From positions 3,806,175 through 3,870,174 of the forward strand of contig NC_134032.1 in NCBI RefSeq assembly GCF_964204645.1: a stretch of 64,000 nucleotides of DNA, in the 5' to 3' direction. The notes under the pieces were generated by a model. That model was not told the DNA's origin, ran no database searches, and was given only the letters and a program-made list of their open reading frames with translations. The stretch comes from Tubulanus polymorphus (taxonomy: Eukaryota; Animalia; Nemertea). The first letter of the stretch is position 1; each line of letters begins with the position of its first letter. This document shows, in pieces, positions 1 to 12,060 of the stretch. Made by a program: the position numbers and the translations under genes.

Positions 1-28
1 TTTTTTATACAGCGCGATCTGAATCTAG

Positions 29-439
29 CTACATTTAAAACCTCGATATTATTTTGGGTTCATTGGATTAAACATTTTCAAAACTTCAAGTCGACCCATT
101 AAATGTAGCCATCTGAAAATAAACATCACCGATCAAGCCTTTGAAAGAAATGCCATGTTCTATGGCACAACTTTCCCATATTATAAACCAGGGGTACACC
201 TCCAATTCGTGACTTTGGAATATAATGTGATTGAACGTCATTTAGGACTGTGCTCTCGCTCATCTTACTTTTTGAACAATTTCGTTTTAGGTCAGTGTGT
301 TACTAGACCGGGTGTTGAAGATAGATTTTTTAAACAAAAATTTTTTGATTTCACTTCAATCGCGTGGACCGAAACAACAGCCGACATGGCTATATCAATA
401 TATCACGTGACAGAGGCATGGTTGAATATTGGTCCGTGA
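29..439 (+). CDS. Uncharacterised open frame (~137 codons), possible exon of a gene starting upstream
   Basis: The frame is open from 29 to TGA at 437-439, longer than the ORF-track call. No motif recognised and no clear splice context. Confidence 0.2.
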   Translation, partial: LHLKPRYYFGFIGLNIFKTSSRPIKCSHLKINITDQAFERNAMFYGTTFPYYKPGVHLQFVTLEYNVIERHLGLCSRSSYFLNNFVLGQCVTRPGVEDRFFKQKFFDFTSIAWTETTADMAISIYHVTEAWLNIGP

Positions 440-564
440 AAATTCAATTTTACTGCATTTCAGTGTCTTAGTAGAAGACACGGAGCAGTAGTGTCCGTAC
501 ATTTTTCATACAGTTTCGTCATATCAAGAGGTATGTTGTTTAGATCTTTTCAATGTCGAGAGGT

Positions 565-840
565 GTGAACTGTCCGATAGCGGGTGAACTGCCCGATAAC
601 TAGCGAACAGTCTGACAGCTAGTGGGCTATCTGACGGCTTGCGGGCTGTCAGACAGCTATCAGCTGTCTGACAGCTAGTGGACTGTCTGCTAGTCAGCTT
701 TCTGGTAGCTAGTGAAATGTTTGATAGCTGTCTGGCAGCAAGGGAGCTGTCTGATAAATAGGGAACTGCCTGAGAGCTAGTGAGCTCTTTGATAGCTAAA
801 ATGTACTGTATGATATCGCGCGAACTGTGAGAGAGCTACC
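565..840 (+). repeat. Degenerate ~19-20 bp tandem repeat (GTGAACTGTCTGAYAGCTA-like)
   Basis: Recurring ctgtctgacagcta / gtgaactg words in tandem. Confidence 0.75.
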
Positions 841-999
841 GGTAGAGAGTTAAAGTCAGCAACACGGAAGCTTCAGCCTGAATATGGGTAGAGGTTAATT
901 TTGAAAATACAGGAAAAAACAATTGATAGGTCAGTAGAATGTCTGCACTGTTAGAGATAGAATGATGTAATTCTAATTCTGTTTTTCAGTGCAAGTACG

Positions 1000-3002
1000 A
1001 TGGCGGAGAGAAAACCAGAAATAAATGTAGATAATTCCAAAATAAGGATAGGCGGTAACAATAATAAGACGACAATATCGTCAAGTTTCGAAGGCATCAG
1101 CAGACCTGCTGAGAATCTAGGTAATAATATATGGTTATAACCAGTGTTCATTTGTACAGGTGTGACTTGAGTCCAAATGTAATCTTAAATAGTAAAGTAG
1201 GCAATAAAAAAATGTGTGTCTGGAAATTCTGAAGTAAAAAATGGACCCCTCACCCGAATGTTTTTAATTCTTGAATGAATATTAAACGACCAATGGTCCA
1301 GTGGCCCACCAAACTGTGCGAGGTAAAAATCTGCTACGCTGTAACAACAATGCATAGATAAGAAAAAAGTTTATCAAAAATTGAATCGATTTTGGTCAGT
1401 GTCGACTTTTAATGAAACCGAGCATTATTTGGGCAAGAATGAAATCTTCGAAAGTTTGTTTATGGGAATTTTAGATGCAACAAATGGTCTCAATTTTAAT
1501 ACAACCCGAGAGGGAATGACATAAAATAACTAAAACTACCAGAACGGCATAAGATAAGTAAAACTACCAGGTTACGCGCATCTTTACAACGATTTGTCAG
1601 TGAAGATGTAAGCTTGAACCATGTTGTTTTCATGACTCTAGTCCCAGCGGGCTATTGTGTTCACTTATCGTCCGTTTTCCATAGAAGGTATCGAGTTATC
1701 TTAGTAAGTTTTGCAGACGCTTCCTCGATGGATATGATATTTCATTTGTACAATATACGTTCATCTTCCCGGGATGAATCAAAAGAAAATCCCACTATTT
1801 GTATTTTTATGTTTTGAGCTAGTTTAGGTTTAGAGAATTATTGATAAAATTAGGTTTTCATATCTGAAAAACCTGATAGAAGCGGCAGGCAGAGAGAGTT
1901 AGTTATCTGTAAGACCTGATAGAAGCGGCCGGTAGAGAGTTTGTAATCTGTTAACCTGATAGAAGCGGTCGGTAGAGAGTTTGCAATTTATAAACCTGGT
2001 AGAAGCGGTCGGTAGAGAATTTGTTATCCGAAATTTCTATTCCTAAATCGCAATACGTTCAACCGAAATCTGCCCAATAGGTAAATGATAATCCACACGA
2101 ATTGTTTCAACATGGAAAACCTGAATGATTATGAATAGAGGCTAATTGTGAAAATACTCTGGACAGTCTAGTCAGGGCAATGTCTTACTATAAGATGATA
2201 AAGACTTATTGAGATGAAATGACTGCATTCTAAATTCGGCTTTTCAGTACATGGGACCGTGGCGCAGAGAAATCCAGAAATACACGTAGAACATTCTGAA
2301 AATGTTCAAATCGGTGACAATGTGGCGGAGAAAAATCCACGGATAAATGTAGACCATTCTGAAATGAGTGTAGGCGGTTCCTATAATGAGACGAAAATAT
2401 CTTCAACTTTCGGAGGCGTCGGCACTTCTGAGAACTCAGGTAGAATTATAGATTGTAACCACCAGGGCTATCAGGTGTTGATTGTATTTTGACTCTTTTG
2501 TACTTCTCATTGTAGAGCATGGTCGCAAATCTGGCCCATCGACTGTTGCTACCTTGCTGTAAATTGACGAGAGACTAGGTAGGATCTAACGTCGGTTTTC
2601 AGGCCCTAAAAGCGGGTGCTGAGATCATGGCGAATAAACTAGTTCATCCGTCCATGCTGAGATCAACTTTCAGATCTTGAAAACAACTAATACCTATAAA
2701 CATTGGTCTGAGTAAAATATTCGAGAGAAACATGCTAGGTGATTCAATCAAATGATATCACAAGTGATTTAAAATCGGGAATGGGGATGAATCTAGGAGC
2801 AATAGGTTGCGATCCTTGTGGCAAAGGAAAATAGCAGTTTATTGAAAAGGTACTTCCAAAGGTTTGATATTTTACTACATCTGATTAACTAAGACAATCT
2901 CTTAAAACCATTGAACTGCAAAGTTTTGATCCCTAGAAATAATTTCTTAGGAGAAAAACAACTCGTCTCTATCTTTCAGTGGCGACGAGTAGCACATTTT
3001 GA
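1000..3002 (+). CDS. Spliced RHIM-repeat protein (exons 990/1000-1120, 2248-2439, 2980-3002; ~111 aa if ATG 1000 is the start)
   Basis: Each exon has a polypyrimidine-CAG acceptor, with GT donors at 1121 and 2440 and compatible phases (1,1). Translation: MAERKPEINVDNSKIRIGGNNNKTTISSSFEGISRPAENL-VHGTVAQRNPEIHVEHSENVQIGDNVAEKNPRINVDHSEMSVGGSYNETKISSTFGGVGTSENS-VATSSTF*. Contains IHVEHSENVQIGDN, a RHIM-like core. Confidence 0.65.
1871..2030 (+). repeat. ~40-43 bp tandem repeat x4 (ACCTGATAGAAGCGGYCGGTAGAGAGTTTG...)
   Basis: Units start near 1871, 1914, 1954 and 1994. Confidence 0.85.
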
Positions 3003-3450
3003 AAAGTTTAAAAGAGCCTTTGTTACAAATTCATTTTGAATAACTGAATTTTATGAAGAGCAGCCATTTTACAGTGATTAGTGCCAGATTCTTGTTTTGA
3101 AATATGGCTATGCGCCTTTCTAAAATGCAATTGCACGAACCGTGTGTCCTTTTCATATTCATTTTGCCCATGCTCGTGAACCTTCTTCAACGTTTAGGCT
3201 AATTTGTAGTTACTTTTTCCATTTTCAAATGAACCGATACCTATACCCGCCTTTTTCAAATTGCTCCAACTTTCCAGTTGCATTGCCAGTAAGTCGGTAT
3301 CATATTTCACTGATATCCCGGAAATTCTACACGTAACTGAATTATCAGCAGATGAAAAGTGAAAAGAAATATTCAGAATTTGAGGGTCTTGTTCAGGACC
3401 ACCAAGATAGCCCTTGGGCCAAAAGTTGTTTTCTCGTCCAAAGTTGATTT

Positions 3451-4300
3451 CAATTACAATTACAATTACAATAAGTTAATTTAGTCCAGAATTATGAAAT
3501 TGCACAAAGCAGAAAATTATTTTACAACATACCTCGCAGCATTCAATTTACATTAAGAATGTGTTAAACATTTGCGTATATGCAACGCCAGTTTTTTAAG
3601 GGTTTGGCAATTTAAATTAAAAAAAATTGTGCAACTAACTGGGGAATCGTTCCGGGATGTATCTAGCTCTGAATTCCTGGAAGGACGGGCAGACGAGTAA
3701 AAAGTGATACTCGTCTCCTACCGCCTCTAAATCACTATTTTGGCACAGCCTATTGACACGGGCGATTCCGCGCCACTACCAGAATTCCACCGGTAGCCTG
3801 TGATTGAGCATCTAACTCTACATAAAGTGGGTGCTAAAATCAAGCTGTTTTCAGCGATGCCTCGACAAATATTTTTTATTGCACAACCTTTCTTTGAAAC
3901 AATAGGAAATATTGTGACCAGAATCAGCCACCATAGGAAACATCCGAAACTGATCTCATTATTTCAGATGTCACTCAAGTTCAGAGGTGTCTGGAAGAAA
4001 CGTATAAAAAAAATGATCGACGTTGAAAATGACTAACAAAGAGGTTTGGTGGAGCGACGAATTACTCAATTTCAACAACTTATTCACCAATGAACACTCG
4101 AAAATTCTACCCCAAAACGAAACCCGATGATAAATGAAGAAAGTGAGGAGCAAAGAGTGATTTTACCCGGTAATTTCAGGAAGCTTTTGCAACTCGCTAT
4201 AAAAAAGACGTCCAGAAATTCTTACAGAATATTGTGTTTTGATGATCCTCTAATCTAGCAATGCGAAATTCCCGTTTCTTGTTGGATATGAGCGTATATC
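3451..4300 (-). mobile_element. Decayed non-LTR retrotransposon 3' end (L2/CR1-group ORF2 C-terminus)
   Basis: The minus strand reads ...NHRLPVEF..RVNRLC....VGDEYHFLLVCP with stops and frameshifts. A (TTGTAA)n-type 3' tail lies at ~3451-3470. Confidence 0.75.
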
Positions 4301-7199
4301 CATATTCCTCTGGTTATACTGGATGAAATAATTTGGGAATTGTAAGTTATTAAATTTGAACATGAATAGTTAGAATTTTGTAATATGTTTCAATTTTAGG
4401 ATATTGAATTTCTTGAAGATAGGATCAGTGTGTTCTAGATAGTGGGACGTATTGTTAATTATTATTGCTTTTTGCAATAAAATGAGTGGATTTATTGCAT
4501 AATTACTACCCCGGATTAAGTTACAATATAAATCGGAATAATGTTTAAAAGGAACTATATTGGATGGTCGAAACGAGACGTCATGAACGGAGTTAACGCG
4601 TGTTTAGATATGTTCAGTTTTTTAATTCGACGAGGAGACACGGTTTCTACAAAATACAAATTGTAAACATACTAAGTCTACGCAAATACTCCAAGCCTTA
4701 ATTAACATGTTTAATTAATATGCAAACTAGCTACGAAATTCATATATAAATGAAGAAGTTTCAAGTTTATGAAGTATGCGGAAAAAACGATAAATTTAAG
4801 CGCTCTTATAGCAAATAAATGTTGACAAATTATAAAGAGAAATAAGGCGAAACTTATCCTGAAATTGGCTGCAAAAATGTAAACTACGAGCTTTCAAATC
4901 GTTGAATCTTGACAGAAATTTACACAAAACGTCGACGAACGTCTTGATACATTACAAAATTAATAGTACATGTACTTACAACACATTATTCCTGCAGAGA
5001 TTTATTCCAGAGCGAACGATACTCGTCCTGCCGACTTACAGAATGGACTGACACCCAAAAAGCGCGCATTTCGACTTTTGTACCTCAACTAAGCATTAAA
5101 CTCACAAACCGTGAAAATACATTTGTCAGATTTTCTAAATCTGTTTACAATACGAGTTGACTTAGAATTCAGATCAGAACTAAAATAACTAAACTATACA
5201 TACGCACATTACAGGAACTGCTTTTTTTTAACAGTATAAATAAGCTTTTTTCACAAGCAAGGAAGTACATTTTGAACTCGTGAATGGTGGAACCCCGCTT
5301 ATTCACCCCCGCTTTTTTCTTCATGTCATTTCCAGCAGCAAGGATTTTAAAATTTTAAAAATTTGAAATTAAGAAAAAAAAGGCTTGTCACTATAGAGGC
5401 GCTGGATTTAACGAGATAACACAAATACAGTTTATATCTACTCTGTACCGAATTCCACGTACTTGAAATATTCATGTAACTGTATAGTCAAACAGTATTA
5501 ACTCTATAAGGTGTTTATGCTTTCATTTGTTTTCCTAAACCAAAATCTCAACTGGAACTGGGAAGTGAGGACGTCGATGGATAAAGCAATATACAGGGAG
5601 AAACCGGCGATAACAACGAAAAACAAGAGGTTCACGGACCTTGAGACTTCTTCGAGATAATCGGAAGTTCCAGTTTGGGAAAAGGAACAGGTCCCGCCTT
5701 GCTGTGCAGGCTGGATCAATGTATCTCAACGTATCAATTACAATTACATGTATAACAAATAATACATGTCACCACTTGTGCTGAAATGTAATTTGTAATT
5801 CAATACTGTCTTAATTGTAAAAGTAATACTTGTTTTCTGGCCTTATTTTCTCAAAGATCCGCATGAATTTTCGTAGTACTGATATCCGCGAACAAAAAAA
5901 AAATATTATTATAGAATGTTTAAAAGGAACTGCTTTTTCATAATAGTATGAATAAGCTTATTTCACAAACAAGGAAGTAGTACATTTTGAACTTGTGAAT
6001 GGCGAAACCCATTCACAGTAACTGGTAATTTGGAAATTCTCGGAGCCTTGCTTCTTTATTTATTTATGAAATGACGTCACGAACTTCCAGATTTTCGCAA
6101 GTCCGCGCCATGATTGGCGATTGCTATTTCCACCTGTGCTATCTTTAAGTAATTCTAAGTTTAAAATACGATGCACAGTACATCCATAGAATCTACGAAG
6201 AGAAAGAGACTGTTATATTACTATCAGAGTTTAACATTTCGTTTAAAAGCTGTTAGTGGTCGAATCTAATAGATGGTTTTTACGTGACGAAACTAAGTGG
6301 AAAATATGTTAAAATGATAATCAGTGGGAATACAATAGGGTTTATGCGGAGGCAGCAGAAACCCTAATAAAGAATGATAAGAACGCTTTACTAGACAATG
6401 ACTGTCAGACCCCCCTACTTTACCCAAACACTCTTCAATTAGACTTCCCTATGAATAAGCTCATTTCAACTTATTTCCACGTCTTCGAAAACTCGGTGAC
6501 AGTGAACATCATTAGAATTATATACGTAGATATTGACTTGGTATTTCAACCGAATTTTTCTGTAACTCAACCGTTATTTGCTTCAACTGATAGAACAGGA
6601 ATTCCTATTGGAATCGATAGTGCCAAATAACTCACACAAGTCTTTCTTCGCGCATTGGCATCGCATAAGAACAAAAACAAAGGCATCCCCATCCGGTATC
6701 AGCCCAATTGCTCATTTGGCCAAAAAGGATAATATTTCAGTTCCGGATGATTTACCAATAACATCAGTCTAAATAAATGCTACGTATTTATGATTATTAC
6801 GTACTCTATACTTATTCATCATCGAGATCTTAAATCATTACTCAGTGATTTGATGAAAACTCTTCTGTAGAGGTTGATAAGTATAATATCTCAATCTATG
6901 CTTTCAACGTTCGTAGTTGTAACGTGAATTTTGAACCATTTTCATATCTTTTGAACAATTTGAAAGCAGACTTTTCTAAAAACCTTTCAAACCTGGACAA
7001 ACGAACTGCATGATAATCAGAGGTTTTACAGATTCCAAGGCATGAAAAGCGTTATAAGTTTTTAAGAAAATTTTAAGATTTTAAAAAATTGTCAGGGGGT
7101 AGGATTTTTAGATACATTTTTTACGTAAAATTTAGACCAAATCTATATGAAGACAAAAATAGTTTTAAATGCCTCTTTATATATAAATATATCGATTTT

Positions 7200-7360
7200 G
7201 AAAAAAGAAAGAAATAGTTAATTGGTTTGATCTACCAACCACCAACACAAAACAAAGCAGCGATGGCTTAAACAATTTATCATTTCATTCCACTTTTAGA
7301 GAAACTCAATACAGAAAACGAAGTAGGCATTCTAATGGGCTATTTCAGTTAGTAGAGTAT
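7200..7360 (+). mobile_element. Highly degraded LINE APE-endonuclease remnant
   Basis: Fragments IGLIYQPP and ILMG.F resemble APE motifs (YRPP, GDFN). Confidence 0.35.
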
Positions 7361-8187
7361 CATATCATAAAAAGATGGATATATATGGGAAATGATAAGG
7401 ATGCACAGGGAAATGATCTACTGAACATTATAACAAGGGCAACGTATTAGGTGGGCCTACGTTAGAAGCAATGTGTACGTATTCAGAATATGGAAGATAT
7501 TCATTTGAAAATAGCGCAGCTGAAATTGTTGAAGTATTTAAATCGATGAAAATGGATTCAAATTCCGTTCATTTGTTTGAACTGAACAAACTGTCTAATT
7601 TACGTTGTAATATTCGGTTACTACTGCTGTGAAAACACTTGTCTCGCTAGTCCACGTATATAATAGCACCCAGCGGAAACAGAATCACAACTGAATTCAG
7701 TTAGTTCTACGAAATACGTGAGTTAAACGATTTGTTATCATTCTAAAGTGGCAGTTCCTAGTTTTGTGCTCTGACGTCTCCCTTTTAAACCCTATAATTT
7801 AAAACACCTTTTCCAGGTTTTAATACATTGTCAACGATGATCAGTAAGTCGAATATCATAAATCAATTCATTCTAAACATATATTCATTCGAATGTTTTC
7901 TAATTCATTAAGTAGCGACTCAATACGTTTCTTACAGATAAGACTAGGTTTACGGTTAATTAATGAACATGAATTTCTAGGTGAGTTATTAAAGCTTATT
8001 CTTCCACTTTGTGGGATTTTTGCGTCAGTGTGCGCCATGGCTGCAGGCGAAGGAGAACGAAAATTGAGGACCAGAGGATTCGTGTTCGACTGCTTTGTTG
8101 ATCAAAGTACTGAGTGTTCATATCTTCTTTGAAATAATGATGTATGATCATGTAAAAGATTCTGCAGTTGTAGAGACTGACTAGGGC

Positions 8188-9460
8188 TGTATATTTCAGT
8201 TCATACAACGGTAGTTTATTTCTCTCTCTTTATATTGCATGTCAGCCAAGTACACAGAAAATTGGACCTATTTATTGAGGCACTGTGACTGAGATTAGTA
8301 ACGGGTTTTTAACCGCTACGTGTACTCAAAACTCAATACCGAACGAATAAACCTGCTTACAATGCTTAGAATGCATACAAAATGAATACAAAACGTAACC
8401 ACGTACTCCCGCCCCAAAATTTCGTGAATATAATTATCCCCTATATAATATTAATATTTCAATATCATTTACATTTATATCTGACATATATTTTCACTAA
8501 GTGAAATTAACGTTGGTAAAGAACCTGATTGATAACTAATGAATGCAAATTACGAGAGTCTCGTGTTCAGAAAACAGAATTCACATACACATTTTGTCGT
8601 TTCGCTCGGCGGTTACGAACAGCCGTGATTCTTCGATCAGCAGCAACGGCAGATGCGCGGATTGGACGTTTTCCAACCACAGATCCGTCTACGTTTTCGG
8701 TAGGATTCGCCTCGCCTAGCGATCCCGGATCTGCGCATGTTGTACCATTGGTGAATCCAATGGATGTCCTCAAAGTAGCGTTTCGAACTTTCCAGTCTTT
8801 TTCACGACGCAACGCGGTGTCGTCCCCTAGACGCCATAGGTTTCTGGGTCGTCATGAATTTGAAAGACGGAGCCTAATTTAACATTTTCCTGATCTCTCC
8901 CGGGCGAAAGATGCCGTTCGCGTAAGCTCAACAAATATTCACATTTTGCAGCGACGACAAAATTAACTGAACAATAACCATATATAATTCATACGACGAG
9001 TAATCAAATCTCGATAGACACGGAATTCAGGATCACTAAATTCCGTCTCGCACACGTAGGCTTGAGGAAACCCTGCAATACGGCGTCCATACTTGAGCAT
9101 GGACGGCGTGAGCGGCTGAATGTCGGACGCATTGAAGATTGATGTCAAAGGCCTATCATTCAGTTGACTTTCAATTTCTATTAACAGTACAATGTAACTA
9201 AATTCAAATGTGAGTTTCGATTGACATAAAATCTTTTTGATCATGCCTTTAACCAAGCCCACTAGCCGCTCATAAAAACCCCTTGCCAGGGACTACGTTT
9301 GGCTATAAACTCCGGTTGAACTCGATCTATTTTCAGCCAAATAACTAGCAACCTTATTCGACGAAATTATCTCATTCAAGACTTCATTGGCCGATGTAAA
9401 AGTAGATGCATTGTCGGATATGCATTTTCTAGGAACTGACCGATACTACTCGACTGCTAG
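8188..9460 (-). mobile_element. BEL/Pao LTR retrotransposon remnant (integrase C-half, DUF5641-type region, PPT and 3' LTR)
   Basis: The minus strand encodes YERLVGLVK...EIESQLNDRPLT...PLTP, typical of BEL/Pao integrase. Purine tract GGGGCGGGAG at ~8405-8415 is followed by an LTR-like segment ending AATAAA...CA near 8188. Confidence 0.8.
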
Positions 9461-10113
9461 GCAAATGCAGATGTACGTAGTGGAAGAAAGCATGGTTTAC
9501 CCTAAATACACTGGCATTTAAAACTTTAATAGCAATTTAACGCGCTGTCTGAGATCAGGAATCCAATAAGAGACCATTCAATTAGTACGTACACGCTGAG
9601 GGGGAGTGGGTGAGTAGTTAACGTAGAATGCGTATTTGTGTATGGTGGAGGGAGCAGGATTTTTAGGTACATTTTTGTTCCGTTTATTTCTGACATCCGA
9701 CAATAGTGGTTCCGGGACTCAAGGTCACTAGTCTCGCCGCGTAGTTTGATAGATCTCAACACGTGGCGCACGGAAAACTGAAGATGTCGCAACATAAACT
9801 CGAAATCACCAAATCCACAAATGTGTGATACTTTGGCAACGAAATAGGATAGGTCTCTTTGCCAAATCAGAAATGTCAGCATCGCCGATTCTGCCGTTTG
9901 AATGTATTATTCCATCGTCACCGATACATAACTGTAAGTTTTCAATCAATATATCAGTAACTGGGGCTCAATTATGTAAGAAAACTATTATACCAATATC
10001 CGAGTAAAAGATCGAAAGTATTGTATTTGATGATGCTGTGATAATATATGGATTGGGGAGTAAAAAAAATCCAGTTCAAAATTCATCGTAAATGAACTAA
10101 TTTTGACAACGGA

Positions 10114-11304
10114 CTACCTATCGGTATTGTAGTAGAACAGTTTTATAAATTGTCTTCTAAAAACTTGTAACGTACCGAAATATATGAAAAAGTTTACGCA
10201 GAACAAGACGTTTCGAAATCCGTAAAATATTCCTTCTAATTCACGCCACAAAAGTATTAGGTAAAACGTTCTAGTAGGGGATCCGTAAAGATTAATACGA
10301 TGGTTTATCCAGATCACATACATGAGAAATTCGTTGAAGTTATGCATTAATTTAGTGACAGTGTTGGGTAGAACACAAATTATATAGACTAAAATGACAA
10401 CTAGAAGTGTTTTACTAGTCGATGACCGAAAACGTTCTGCTCCCGTTCTATTCAACATAATAGATTTCTGAGCACGTGATAAACCAGTTAGAATTGATGC
10501 TATGATGATCGCAATGGCCGGAAATATCTCCTGAAAGAATACTCTTGCCATTGTTATAGTAACATAAAGAAATTGATTCATCCTATAAGACTGCTTGCAG
10601 CTGAATTGAGTGAAGGTTTCGTTATATCTACGAACCGCATTGCGATAAATGTAGATACTTTTACTCGAAGAATCGAGGTTTATGATACAGGAAAACACTA
10701 TGACACCACATACTATGACGACACGCCGCTTGTAGGTGAAATATCTCATATGAAAGAATGGTAAACGTATAGAAACAAATCTTTCAACAGCAATTGCTAA
10801 GACTATGTAGTGTGATACTGCTATTGCTTGGTTGTAGGATATGTTAACCAACAAACATTTTGGAATTAATTTGTTAGGAAGGTACTGAAAATAATAATAG
10901 AAATGGTACAATGATGATGAACACAGTTTGCCATGTTTTGACAATGTCATATAGTTATCTCCACATATTTTCGGGTAAAATTGGAATTTTACCAGGATGT
11001 ATTTCAAATAATATGGAAAGTTGCTCAGCTTGATAAATAAAACGATTTGTTCCGAAAACGCGAGAGTTATGAGATAGGGGAACGTGTAACGAACAGTCTG
11101 GTATCTGCGACATTTAATCAGTAGAATTATTGTCAGAAAGTTGAACACACTTCCGAGTGGAAACACTAACAAAGTAAATGTGTAGAAGTTGAGAAGATAA
11201 GCGCGTCTAGTGAAACTTCTAAAGGCTGTAATAAAAGCTGGTGTCCTGGAAGCGTATGACAGTCGTTGGGTTGTAGTAACGGCGATGATAGTAACATTAT
11301 TCAT
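10114..11304 (-). CDS. Intronless class A (rhodopsin-family) GPCR, FMRFamide/peptide-receptor-like lineage-expanded type, 396 aa
   Basis: Seven hydrophobic segments; AVERF (DRY variant), TM6 ICVLP, TM7 VNFFIY, basic helix 8 FRRQF. Confidence 0.9.
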   Translation of the reverse strand: MNNVTIIAVTTTQRLSYASRTPAFITAFRSFTRRAYLLNFYTFTLLVFPLGSVFNFLTIILLIKCRRYQTVRYTFPYLITLAFSEQIVLFIKLSNFPYYLKYILVKFQFYPKICGDNYMTLSKHGKLCSSSLYHFYYYFQYLPNKLIPKCLLVNISYNQAIAVSHYIVLAIAVERFVSIRLPFFHMRYFTYKRRVVIVCGVIVFSCIINLDSSSKSIYIYRNAVRRYNETFTQFSCKQSYRMNQFLYVTITMARVFFQEIFPAIAIIIASILTGLSRAQKSIMLNRTGAERFRSSTSKTLLVVILVYIICVLPNTVTKLMHNFNEFLMYVIWINHRINLYGSPTRTFYLILLWRELEGIFYGFRNVLFCVNFFIYFGTLQVFRRQFIKLFYYNTDR

Positions 11305-11934
11305 TGATGATACCAGCCGTTTAGAATCCGAATGCTACTCGGTGAACTGCGCAGAAACGCACACGATGCTCCCGTCTCTCAACTGTTATCATTTCTCAAC
11401 AATCGATATGAAATTACAGTTGAAATGCTCGACATCAAACTCACCGTAGATAATTATGGAGATACAACGGTACTTCTAATATTACTCATTCTGATCGCTC
11501 TGTCGATCTCATACAAAGGTTTCAGTCCTCATAATAAACTCCTTCTAAAATTTGTCAGTACGCTAGGACCCAAAACCTAACTATGCGCAGTGATTCGTGT
11601 TATATTTTATATCAATGTATATTTATTTATATTATATGTGTATTTATTTGACGTATATAACATTTTAGACAGAACCACCAAAAATATTTCTAGTATTTTG
11701 TATTAACTTTTTACTCTTTTTACTCTCAACTATTGTGGGATTTTACATTTATTGTTTCCTTTCCAGTTATCCATGGTTTCAAGTAAGCCTAATTGACTGT
11801 TTGTTGAGCTTCGTTGTATAAAACCGTGTTGACCGTTGAACAGGATTCTATTAAATTCCCTTCATTTTCTTAAGCATGGTGTAGCTGCTTCGCATACATG
11901 CGATCGTGGTCGACACAGTATCCAGACAAGATCA

Positions 11935-12060
11935 AGAAGTTTTCTCCGATCGAAAACAGATGGCCGAAATTAACGGAACTGTCTCTTGGAAATAAGTTGA
12001 TCTAACTAGTGGAGTCACGCAAGGTAGTATCCTCAGTCATCTTCTCTTCACTGTCCTGAG
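11935..12060 (+). mobile_element. CR1/L2-type reverse transcriptase remnant
   Basis: SFLS-DRKQMAEING...LTSGVTQGSILSHLLF, a degenerate SGVPQGSVLGPLLF motif. Confidence 0.7.

Noticed and set aside
8529-8882. Overlapping 117-aa and 81-aa ORFs
   Set aside because: They fall in the 3' region of the BEL/Pao remnant and show no independent protein features.
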